This document shows, piece by piece, positions 8,352 through 18,818 of a stretch of 64,000 nt of DNA (positions are counted from its first letter, which is position 1; every line of letters starts with the position of its first letter). Below the pieces are notes generated by a model that was not told the origin of the DNA, ran no database searches, and saw nothing but the letters and a program-made list of their open reading frames with translations. The DNA comes from Acidimicrobiales bacterium (GTDB taxonomy: Bacteria; Actinomycetota; Acidimicrobiia; Acidimicrobiales; SZUA-35). The stretch is taken from contig CBDCGP010000058.1 in NCBI GenBank assembly GCA_965216655.1, positions 9,593-73,592 of the forward strand, in the 5' to 3' direction. A program made the translations under genes and the position numbers.

Positions 8352-9839
8352 TTAGACCGCTACCGGATCATCCGCGTAGTCGGCCGCCCACGCGTAGTCG
8401 TAGGCGTCGTCGCCCATCACCTCGGGCGTGATGTCCATCCAGGCCAGGCCGCCCTCGAGGCTCATGGGCTGAATCATGCCGGCGATGAAGCGGTCGACCA
8501 CGCTCATGTGGCCGGCGTAGCGGTCGGGTTCGAGGTCGAAGCACCATTTCGAGATGGCGGAGTCGAACTGGTAGATCCGGCCGTTGTACTCCGTCTTGTG
8601 TTCGGCCAGGGTGTGGCGGTTGCCCGATGAGCCGAGCGGGAGCTGGGTCAGGTTGCACAGCGCGGGCAGCGTGAGCGGTCCGGTCCGTTCCGGATGACCG
8701 GTGTTGACGCTGTGGATGATCTCGTCCCACAGCACCCCCCAGTCGTCCTCCCACGTCGGGTACTTCTCCACCAGCCACTCCCGCTCGGCTTTCGACACCC
8801 CGGCGTTCGGCTTCCAGAACAGCGTCGGCCGCCAATACCAGGTGCCGATGTGCATGGCGTGATGGCCCTGCTCCAGCGAGGCCAGGAACTCCTCCCAGTA
8901 CCACGGCTTCGCCAAGCCGTAGTCCTCGAGGATCCGTTCGTGGTGATTGACGATCCACTCGAGCATGAACTCCTTGAACGACATCTTCCGGCGGTCGAGC
9001 GGTGTGTAGTAGTCCATCGCCGTGCCGGTCAGCGTCTGGAACAGACGGGTGGCCCGCCAGAACGCGACGTCGAGTGCCTGTTGGGCCCGCTCCGGATCGT
9101 GCTCCATCATCACCTGGAGCGTCGGGAAACCCTGCTGGGCGTGGCGGGCCTCGTCGGTCTGGATCGACGAGAGAAGGTTGGAGAAGTTGATGTCGCCGGC
9201 CTCCATGGCGTCAGCCGCCAGGGCGACGAACTGGATGTTGGTGAAGCCATGCTCGACGGTGAGGCTGGTGGCCAGCGAGGCCTCAATGCAATCGGCGCTG
9301 AGCATCACGTCGTCGAAGAAGTTCTTAACGGCGAGCACCCCCCACTCGTTGGTCTTGAACGCATGCTGGGCCCAGTCGAACCGCTGGTCGTGTTCGAGCA
9401 GGCTGTGGGAGAACAGCAGGTCGAGCTGGCTGTGGCGAATCTCGTCGAGCATGCCGAACACCGAGATGTTGCGCCACTTCGGCGTCGGGGCGAACCGGCA
9501 GAACCGGCTCTGCATCGTGACCGCCATCTGCTCGACCATGTTCGTCGTGCCCATGTGGAGCTGGGAGGTGGCGACGTGGGCCGGGTCGAGGTTCTCGAAG
9601 ATGTTCGACCGGCCGAGCGCCTCGCTCACCGCCCGCACCCCGGTGTCCTTTTCCCGCTGCACGGCGACGTAGTCGCGGTAGGAGACCCGGAACGGCTCCT
9701 CCCAGGCCTGCCACGCCTCGGCGGGAGTGTCGCCGGTCCCGGTCCATCTGTCGGGGAAGGCGTCGTCGTGGTCGACATAGCTGAGATCCCAGTCGAGATC
9801 CCGGGAGATGTCGTACCAATCGTCTCGGTCCAAGATCAT
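8352..9839 (-). CDS. isoA: Isoprene/alkene monooxygenase hydroxylase alpha subunit
   Basis: Two DExRH diiron motifs (DEIRH, DEARH), DDWYDI.RDLDW, EHGFTNIQF, SFKEFMLEW; flanked by isoGHIJ-like genes. Confidence 0.92.
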   Translation of the reverse strand: MILDRDDWYDISRDLDWDLSYVDHDDAFPDRWTGTGDTPAEAWQAWEEPFRVSYRDYVAVQREKDTGVRAVSEALGRSNIFENLDPAHVATSQLHMGTTNMVEQMAVTMQSRFCRFAPTPKWRNISVFGMLDEIRHSQLDLLFSHSLLEHDQRFDWAQHAFKTNEWGVLAVKNFFDDVMLSADCIEASLATSLTVEHGFTNIQFVALAADAMEAGDINFSNLLSSIQTDEARHAQQGFPTLQVMMEHDPERAQQALDVAFWRATRLFQTLTGTAMDYYTPLDRRKMSFKEFMLEWIVNHHERILEDYGLAKPWYWEEFLASLEQGHHAMHIGTWYWRPTLFWKPNAGVSKAEREWLVEKYPTWEDDWGVLWDEIIHSVNTGHPERTGPLTLPALCNLTQLPLGSSGNRHTLAEHKTEYNGRIYQFDSAISKWCFDLEPDRYAGHMSVVDRFIAGMIQPMSLEGGLAWMDITPEVMGDDAYDYAWAADYADDPVAV

Positions 9840-9933
9840 GGTGAGTCCTCCTGGATTCGGTGCCCGCTATCGAGTTGTTGTCGGTGTGTTGTCGGTCGTC
9901 TTTCCGGGTTGGATCAAAAATCGTGTGGTTGAA

Positions 9934-10635
9934 TCACGCATCCGGCGGATCGGTGCCGAAGAGTTGGCGCCACTGCTCGTCGGTGTAGGCGAACGCTCGG
10001 GCCGTCTCGTCACGTTGGTCCTCGACCTGCACCTTGGCCGCCGGTCGGGCCTTGATCCGCTCCGACCAGGCCTTCACGTTCGGGTAGTCGTCGAGGTCGA
10101 CGCCGTGGCCCCTCGCCACCCGGGTCCACGGGAAGCACATGATGTCGGCGATCGAGTACTCGTCGACCAGGTACTCCCGACCCTCCAAGTGGGCGTCGAG
10201 CACCTCGTAGGTGATTGCGGCCTGACGGGTATAGCGGTCGCGCGCGTAGCTGTCGTCGACCCCCCGGTCCCGGGCATATTGGAGGAAGTGCGCTGCCTGA
10301 CCGGCCATCGGGCCCTGGTTCGCCACCTGCCAGTGGACCCACGCCCGGGCCTGCCATGCCTTCGCCGGATCGGTGGGCAGCAGGCGTCCGGTCTTGTCGG
10401 CCAGGTACTCGAGGATGGCGCCCGACTCGAACAACGGCAGCGGCTCGCCGCCCGGTCCGTCGTGATCGACGATCGCCGGGATCTTCCCGTTGGGGTTGAT
10501 GGCCCGGAACTCCGGTGTGTGCTGGTCGCCTCGGGAGATGTCGGTCCAGCGGATCGTGTAGTCGAGCTCCATCTCCTCGAGCGCGATCAACACCTTCCGT
10601 CCGTTCGGTGAAACGTAGTAGAAGAAGTCGATCAT
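9934..10635 (-). CDS. isoJ: Glutathione S-transferase (YfcG/YghU-like)
   Basis: ATG at 10635. SPNGRKV.IALEE, INPNGKIPAI.D, LFESGAIL.YLA, YSIADI..FPW; immediately upstream of isoA. Confidence 0.85.
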   Translation of the reverse strand: MIDFFYYVSPNGRKVLIALEEMELDYTIRWTDISRGDQHTPEFRAINPNGKIPAIVDHDGPGGEPLPLFESGAILEYLADKTGRLLPTDPAKAWQARAWVHWQVANQGPMAGQAAHFLQYARDRGVDDSYARDRYTRQAAITYEVLDAHLEGREYLVDEYSIADIMCFPWTRVARGHGVDLDDYPNVKAWSERIKARPAAKVQVEDQRDETARAFAYTDEQWRQLFGTDPPDA

Positions 10636-10654
10636 GACGGCCGGTCCCAGGTCC

Positions 10655-11401
10655 TCAGATTTTGTATTTCTCCCGCATCCGGTCGGCGTATTCCACCAGG
10701 TTGGTTTTGGAGGCGACGTAGCCCGTGCCCGCCCACTCCTGCGGCTGGTCCATGCAGTGGCGAACCTCGGAGTAGAACCCGGCGTCGTACGACGTCGGCT
10801 GGTCACCCAGGAGGAAGTCCTTGTCGGCCAGGAAGTCCGACATGGCGTCGACGTCGTCTTTGAAGAACTCGAACACCTCCTCGTCGGTGCGACGGCCCAT
10901 GCCCTGACCGTTGAATCCATCGACGATCCGCTGCCGGAATGCGGTGGCGAAGTCCTGGACGGCCGGGTCGAGGGAGTTCCACACCTCGTCGTAGGACTTG
11001 TCGCCCTGGCCGAAGATGTAGGGGATATAGGTCTCGAAGCCCGAGTCCTCCCGCCAACGGGGTTGGATCACCCCCGACCAGTAGAGGTTCTCGTCGGTGA
11101 GGCGGGTGAACGCGAGGCCGATGGCATGCTCCTGGGCGCTCAGGTGATCGTCGATCGTGTGGCCCCGGGTCTCCTTCAGATACTCGATGATGCGCTGCGA
11201 ATCGTGGACCTTGGTGCCGTCCTCGTCGACGATGTAGGGCAGCTTGCCGGCCGGGGCGTCATTGTCGAGGGCCGCCAGATCCTGATTGACGAACTCGTAG
11301 TCGGTGTCGGTCATCGTCATGTAATTGGCGACCTTGGTGACGTATGGGCTGATGCACGGGAGACCCCACGCCCCGATGTATCCGTACAGCTTGAGTGCCA
11401 T
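10655..11401 (-). CDS. isoI: Isoprene-epoxide glutathione S-transferase
   Basis: YGY..AWG.P.ISPYVTKV, GKLPYIVD.DGTKV.DS, LYWSG.IQ.RW, DGFNGQGMGRR, DQPQ.W.G.GYV; matches the IsoI-type GST as I recall it. Confidence 0.88.
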   Translation of the reverse strand: MALKLYGYIGAWGLPCISPYVTKVANYMTMTDTDYEFVNQDLAALDNDAPAGKLPYIVDEDGTKVHDSQRIIEYLKETRGHTIDDHLSAQEHAIGLAFTRLTDENLYWSGVIQPRWREDSGFETYIPYIFGQGDKSYDEVWNSLDPAVQDFATAFRQRIVDGFNGQGMGRRTDEEVFEFFKDDVDAMSDFLADKDFLLGDQPTSYDAGFYSEVRHCMDQPQEWAGTGYVASKTNLVEYADRMREKYKI

Positions 11402-11467
11402 GTTCTTGAATCCCCTTCTTTTGGTTGTTCGGTACTGCCTTTGACTTCTGGTTGGTCCGCCGCTCCC

Positions 11468-12166
11468 CTACCAGGGGAGGTACTCCCCGTTCGAGTGCTG
11501 AAATCGGCCGGACGTCTCCAGCGTCAGTGCATCCATGTTCGCTATGATCCCCTCGGCCGCCTGCTCCGGTTGGATGTAGGCGTAATCGCCCGGAATGTCC
11601 TTGGTCAGATCGGTGGCCACCATGCCCGGATGGTTCATGAGCACGGCGATGCCCCGCTTCGACAGATCGTGGTGCAGGTTGACGCCGACCATGTTGGCCG
11701 CCGCCTTCGACAGGCGGTAGGCGTACATGCCGCCGCTGCCGTTGTCTCCGAGCGATCCGACCCGGCTGGTGGTGATGCTGACCTTGGCCCCGTCGGCCAG
11801 GAACGGGAGCAACGCCTCGGTCACCCGGAGCGGCCCGATGGTGTTGATCTCGAACTGGCGGCGCACGTCGTCGTAGTCGATCGAGCCGAGTTCGTCGAGA
11901 CCGAGGACTCCGGCGTTGTTGATCAGCCAGTCGATCTTGATCTCACGTTCGTCGATGGCCTTGGCCAGTCGCTCGACGGCGGCCCCGTCGGTGACGTCGA
12001 TCTCGCCGACCACGTCGATGCCGTCGGGCAGGTCGGATCCGTCGAACTGGCAGGCGGCGATGGCGTGGTCACCTCGCTCGTGGAGCTGCTCGATGAGGCA
12101 CCGGCCGATGCCCCGGTCGGCCCCGGTCACCACAGCCACTCGGGGCTCCGGCCCGGCGGCGGTCAT
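11468..12166 (-). CDS. isoH: Short-chain dehydrogenase (HGMB dehydrogenase-like)
   Basis: VVTGADRGIG, LINNAG, catalytic YRLSK; sits between isoG and isoI. Confidence 0.8.
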   Translation of the reverse strand: MTAAGPEPRVAVVTGADRGIGRCLIEQLHERGDHAIAACQFDGSDLPDGIDVVGEIDVTDGAAVERLAKAIDEREIKIDWLINNAGVLGLDELGSIDYDDVRRQFEINTIGPLRVTEALLPFLADGAKVSITTSRVGSLGDNGSGGMYAYRLSKAAANMVGVNLHHDLSKRGIAVLMNHPGMVATDLTKDIPGDYAYIQPEQAAEGIIANMDALTLETSGRFQHSNGEYLPW

Positions 12167-13395
12167 GAGGCCGCCTCCAGCTCGCTGTCCACATCGTCAT
12201 CCAAGTCCTCGACACCGACGATGCCGGCCTCACGGAGCGCGGCCTGGCGGTCGCCGTCGTAGCCGAGTTCGGACAGGATCTCGCTGTTGTGCTGGCCGAG
12301 CAAGGGCGCTCCCCGGGGGCTCGACGGCGGGGTCGCACCGAACCGGGCCGGTACACGGGTCTGGCGGAGCGGCCCGGCGATGGGGTGGTCGTTGACGACG
12401 ACGGTCTCGTTGTGTACCACCTGAGGATCGTCGAGCACCTGGGCCCTGGTGAGGGCGGGAGCGCACGGCACGTCCCACTTCTCGAGGATCTCCAGCCACT
12501 CGGCGACGGTGCGGGTGGCGATGGTGTCCTGGATGATCTGAAGGCGTTCGTTGACGTTCTGGTCGCGGGCGGTCGGGGTCGCGAACCGGGGATCGGTGAT
12601 CAGTTCCTCCTGATCGGTGGCCTTGCAGAAGGCCTCCCACTCGTTGTTGCTCATCGTCGACACCGTCATGTAGCCGTCGGATGCCTCGTAGATGAGGTCG
12701 ATGAAGCTGGCGGCCCGGGCCGGTTCGATCTCCTTGTCGGCAAAGGTGTAGGCCCCCATGTCGGACGCCCACAGGAACGACAGGATCGAGTCGATCATCG
12801 ACAGTTCGATGTGCTGGCCGACGCCCTGGCGATCGCGGGCAATGATGGCGGCCAGGATCGTCTGCGAGGCGGTGATGGCGCTGAGTTTGTCGGGGAGGAT
12901 GGTGCGCAGCAGTTTGGGGCGGGCGTCGTCGCTCCCGGCCTGGAGGGTGGTGAGGCCGGAGAGCGCCTGGATGATCGGGTCGTAGACCCGCCGTTTGGCG
13001 TAGGGCCCGGACTGGCCGAAGCCGCTGATCGACAGATAGATGATGTCGTCCTTGACCGCCTTGGCCGCCTCGTAGCCGACACCCAACCGGTCGACCACGC
13101 CGGGGCGGAAGTTCTGGACCACCACGTCGGCGGAGCGGTACAGGTCGAACAAAACCTCTTTGCCTTGTTGCTCTTTCAGGTTGAGGGTGATCGACCGCTT
13201 CGACCGGTTGATGTTGAGGAACATCGAGCTCATGCCACCCGAGCGGTTCTGCAGGGCTCGGGTGTGGTCGCCGACTCCGGGCACCTCGACCTTGATCACG
13301 TCGGCCCCGAGGTCGCCGAGCACATCGGTGGCGTAGGGGCCGGACAGCATGCTCGAGAGGTCGATGATGCGGATTCCGTCGAGCGGACCTGGCAT
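12163..13395 (-). CDS. isoG: CaiB/BaiF family III CoA-transferase
   Basis: GPLDGIRIIDL..GP.A..LGDLGADVIKVE, NRSKRSITLNLK, NFRPG, ISGFGQ.GPY, APLLGQH; ATG at 13395. Confidence 0.85.
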   Translation of the reverse strand: MPGPLDGIRIIDLSSMLSGPYATDVLGDLGADVIKVEVPGVGDHTRALQNRSGGMSSMFLNINRSKRSITLNLKEQQGKEVLFDLYRSADVVVQNFRPGVVDRLGVGYEAAKAVKDDIIYLSISGFGQSGPYAKRRVYDPIIQALSGLTTLQAGSDDARPKLLRTILPDKLSAITASQTILAAIIARDRQGVGQHIELSMIDSILSFLWASDMGAYTFADKEIEPARAASFIDLIYEASDGYMTVSTMSNNEWEAFCKATDQEELITDPRFATPTARDQNVNERLQIIQDTIATRTVAEWLEILEKWDVPCAPALTRAQVLDDPQVVHNETVVVNDHPIAGPLRQTRVPARFGATPPSSPRGAPLLGQHNSEILSELGYDGDRQAALREAGIVGVEDLDDDVDSELEAAS

Positions 13396-13454
13396 GTCGT
13401 GTGTCCTTCCCTCCCGAGGTTGTGCAGCCCGGGAAGCCTTTGAGATTAACGTAG

Positions 13455-13481
13455 TGACAAAGTATCTTAGTGTCAAAGACA
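13455..13481. promoter_or_regulatory. Candidate MarR operator in the divergent isoG/gshA promoter region
   Basis: AT-rich intergenic with overlapping dyads TGACA-N11-TGTCA (13455-13475) and TCTT-N7-AAGA within TATCTTAGTGTCAAAGAC. Confidence 0.45.
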
Positions 13482-13508
13482 ATTTCCCAGGAAGGGTCGG
13501 CGAGATTC

Positions 13509-14779
13509 ATGGGTCATCCCACGACGTTGACGGTCGACGATTGCCGCATGGCTGTCGCCGACTGCTTCCGACCCGGAACCGGTTTCCGGGTCGGCTTGGA
13601 GCTGGAGCTGTTCACCGCTCTTCCCGACGGGGGGCGACCGCCGATAGAGCTGCTCGAGTCGGTTGTGTCGTCGCTGGACCCACCGTGCGGTGGCCGCCTT
13701 TCTCTCGAGCCGGGTGGCGCGGTGGAGTTGTCGACAAGGCCGGGGACCAGCGTCGGCGAAGTGTGTCGTGCGGCCCGGGACGGCCTTGCGGTCGTCGTCA
13801 CCGAGCTGGGCGAGCGCGGGATCCTGACCGCGATCGGCGCCATCGACACCGATCGTCCACCGAGGCGACTCGTCACCCACCCCCGGTACAGATATATGGA
13901 GGCCCAATTCGACGCCTACTCACCGGCCGGGCGGTGGATGATGAACAACACGGCGTCGTTGCAGGTCAACATCAGCAACTGCTCGCTCGATCCGCTGGCG
14001 CAGTGGTCGGCTCTGTGGCGGGCGGCGCCGGTGCTCACGGCCATGTTCGCCGACTCCCCCGGCGTCGACACCGACGGTCAACGGTGGGCCTCGCTACGCC
14101 AGGGGTGCTGGCTGGCCCTCGACCCCGCTCGCACCGGACCCGTGGCCCCGTCCGAGGGTGTCGACGGTTACGCCGACTTCGCGCTCGGCGCCCCGGTCCT
14201 CGTGGTTGCCGACGACGGGCGGGGCGACGTCGGTGAGAGCTGGCGTCCGGCGCCTACCCGACTGTCGTTCGTCGATTGGATTCGGGATCCGTCCACCATC
14301 GGGTGGCCGCCGACTGCCGACGACTTCGCCTACCACCTCAGCACACTGTTTCCCGACATCCGCCCTCGGGGCTGGATGGAGGTGCGCTGCATCGACATGG
14401 GCGACCTCGACCACCTCGAGGCGGTGGTCGCGATGGTGGAGGCCGTCGGCTCGCCGCCGCTGGCCGCGTACATCGATGAGCACATCCCGGTGCTGTCACC
14501 GATTCGGGCCGCTCGTGCGGGACTTGATGATCCGGATATCTGGGCGGCGACGAAGAACCTGGTTCGGCTCGCTCTGGCGGTGGCGCCAGTGCTCCCGGGT
14601 GGGTCGGGCGATCACCTACGGCGGTTCGTGGAGCGGTACACCGCCCAGCAGCGGTCGCCCGGTTGGGGTCGCGGGTTGGCGCCTCAATCGTTCACCCCTG
14701 ACTTCAAACGCCGTTCTGAGTCTGTCAGCTCCAGGTCTTTGAAGCTGACAGACCCAGAAGCGTTGCCGACGGCCGTCGA

Positions 14780-14804
<25 letters not shown>
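13509..14804 (+). CDS. gshA: Glutamate-cysteine ligase (GCS2 family)
   Basis: VGLELE, LSLEPGGAVELS, PRY..ME, GRWMM..TASLQVN, LTAMFADSP, HLSTLFPDIRPRGWMEVR.ID; divergent from the iso operon and complements gshB. Confidence 0.82.
14711..14759. repeat. Palindromic element copy 2
   Basis: CCGTTCTGAGTCTGTCAGCTCCAGGTCTTTGAAGCTGACAGACCCAGAA, 44/49 identical to 1435-1483 by manual alignment; near the convergent gshA/amylosucrase junction. Confidence 0.8.
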
Positions 14805-16807
<2,003 letters not shown>

Positions 16808-16896
16808 ACCACGCGTCCCTACGTCCCCTGTCGAGGTTTGGTGAATTTCGCGTCACAGTGACGCGTTATCCCCCAAACCTTCGCCGGGCGCCATGG

Positions 16897-17745
16897 TCAA
16901 CCAGCGGGGTTGTTAACCGAGAGGATCTTCACCTCGGCGACCTCCATCGGGAACAGCGTCTCACGGATGATCGGCGCAAGGGTGCCGGAGAACCCGGGGT
17001 CGGTGGTTGACCAGTAGTTGATGTCCCAGCTGATGGCGATGGATGCGGGGAAGGATCGGGCGTTGCTCGCGGTCGACGAGGCGTTGATATACGTGTAGCT
17101 GCATTCACCTGGGACGTCCGGGTTGTATCCAGCCAGTGGGCCATCTCCGCCGCATGCCGCCCCGGCGATCGTTCCGTTTCTATCCCCTGACGCGAACACG
17201 AGCTGCGCCGGCTCGGCCCGGATCGTGACCGACACGGTCTCCACCGGCGTCGTCGCCGTCGCCGTCGCCTCGAACCGTTGCCATTCGCTGGGATCGGCTC
17301 GGTAGTCGATCGGCACTTGGGCATAGGCCCAGTCATAGTCGGGATCGGGCCAGATCATCAACGGCGTCGGCTCCGGCAACTGACGCTCCACCCGATCGGA
17401 CGCTTCGAGAAGCACCTCGGCGGGGTCATAGTCCCGGATCCAGACCGCTCGAGTGAACTCGCCGTTGCAAAGCTCTGAATAATACCGATACTGCACCCCG
17501 CCAATCAGCGTTCGCTCTCCGGAGGGATGCTCAGCCAACGTCGACGCAGCCGGGATGTAGTCACAGCCGGAGACTCCCCCACCACCGCCGGAATATCCTC
17601 CGTTGATGACGGCGTCGCCGCTGATGGTTTCTCGCGTCGTCCGTGCATTTGGGACGGCACCACTCGCAGCTGTCGCAGCAGCAACGCCACAACAATAAGA
17701 GAGCTGACCTATCGCCAACCCCACCGCCCTCAACCTATACCGCAC
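16897..17745 (-). CDS. Hypothetical secreted protein with C-terminal beta-rich (PKD-like) region
   Basis: Hydrophobic N-terminus, then LPEP.., A.P..L.F..GD, C....G..CSYTY...S, F......W pattern seen in actinobacterial secreted proteins. The N-terminus may be frameshifted. Confidence 0.6.
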   Translation of the reverse strand: MRYRLRAVGLAIGQLSYCCGVAAATAASGAVPNARTTRETISGDAVINGGYSGGGGGVSGCDYIPAASTLAEHPSGERTLIGGVQYRYYSELCNGEFTRAVWIRDYDPAEVLLEASDRVERQLPEPTPLMIWPDPDYDWAYAQVPIDYRADPSEWQRFEATATATTPVETVSVTIRAEPAQLVFASGDRNGTIAGAACGGDGPLAGYNPDVPGECSYTYINASSTASNARSFPASIAISWDINYWSTTDPGFSGTLAPIIRETLFPMEVAEVKILSVNNPAG

Positions 17746-17758
17746 AAGGACCCTTCCT

Positions 17759-18425
17759 CTATTCGCTCCTCACCAATCTCCTCGCGTGGAAACTCGACGA
17801 CGTCACCGGTTCCATCAACAAAGTCGGACACCCGCCATACCCCCTCTTCCCCGCGCACCATGTTCGCGTCGCCCCACTCGACAAGCATCTATGTCGTTGT
17901 CGTCCGTCAGCGTGCGGGCTCCTGTCGAATCGGACCCGAATATTCCAGGTCAGCGGCGAACAGTGCAGTAACGTTACAGCCGCGGTACCTCGAGCCTTCA
18001 TCGACGACGACGTCAAAAACTTCGGTACTCGAGCGTGGTCCGGGTTTTCGGCGGGACCATAGACAACGCCCTCTTCCTTGTACCTGCAGTGCGCCGATTA
18101 CCTGAGCGGCCAAGTGTCGGTTCTGCATAGACCTCCGAGAAGGCCTCGTTCGGATCGCAGTCAGGCAACGTGCGGTAGCACTCGACGAACACCTCGTACG
18201 CCCGCAGAGTATGCGGCCTCGACTTCGGCCTCCACGTCCGAGAGCGGCTGCCTCGGTCGTTGAGGTTGTCGTTGTTGTGGTGGTGGTCGACGACGTCGGT
18301 CGTGGTCGGTTCGGTTGCGTCGTTGAGGTTGTTGTCGACGACGACGTGGTCGGGGCTGCCTCTTCGCCTGAGCACGCCGTCAGCGCAACGACAACCGTCA
18401 TCAGCAACGCCAAGAACCGACCCAT
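17759..18425 (-). pseudogene. Putative lipoprotein, broken by several frameshifts
   Basis: Signal peptide and lipobox (VVALTAC) with a Thr/Ser-rich linker from ATG 18425; the coding-like continuation (AYEVFVECYRTLPDCDP) is in another frame. Confidence 0.55.
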
Positions 18426-18818
18426 CACACTCCCCTTGTCGCCCACATCGGCGCGTCGGAACACGCCGAGCGGCGAACCCGACTCGACACTTGAAACCAC
18501 TCGATCAACGAACAGACCCATCAGCGGATAGCCGCCATGAACCCAAAACCGCCTCTCAGCTCAGCCTGCATGTTCGTGATCAGCCCCGACCAATCAACGA
18601 CTGCCGACGACTATAGCCGACCGCCTCCCATCCGCATAGCGCGCAATTCAGGAACTTTCGTCACGGACGCCGACGCCGAGCGTTGATGAACGTGAGCGGC
18701 CGGGTTGTCGGCCAGGGAGCCACTGCGGCTCCACCCCGCTTGCCGGTCCCGGCCGCTCACCGTTTGCTCGCGCCCGCAGCACAACGCCTGCGCCGCCACT
18801 TCAGGGAGACCGACCGCC

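Noticed and set aside
5219-9839. Calling the monooxygenase a toluene, phenol or propene monooxygenase
   Set aside because: Adjacent isoGHIJ-like genes and gshA/gshB fit the glutathione-dependent isoprene route; no ring-cleavage or coenzyme M genes are in the window.
18255-18350. GTC/GTT/GTG triplet-rich low-complexity stretch
   Set aside because: It is the reverse strand of the Thr/Ser linker of the lipoprotein, not an independent repeat element.
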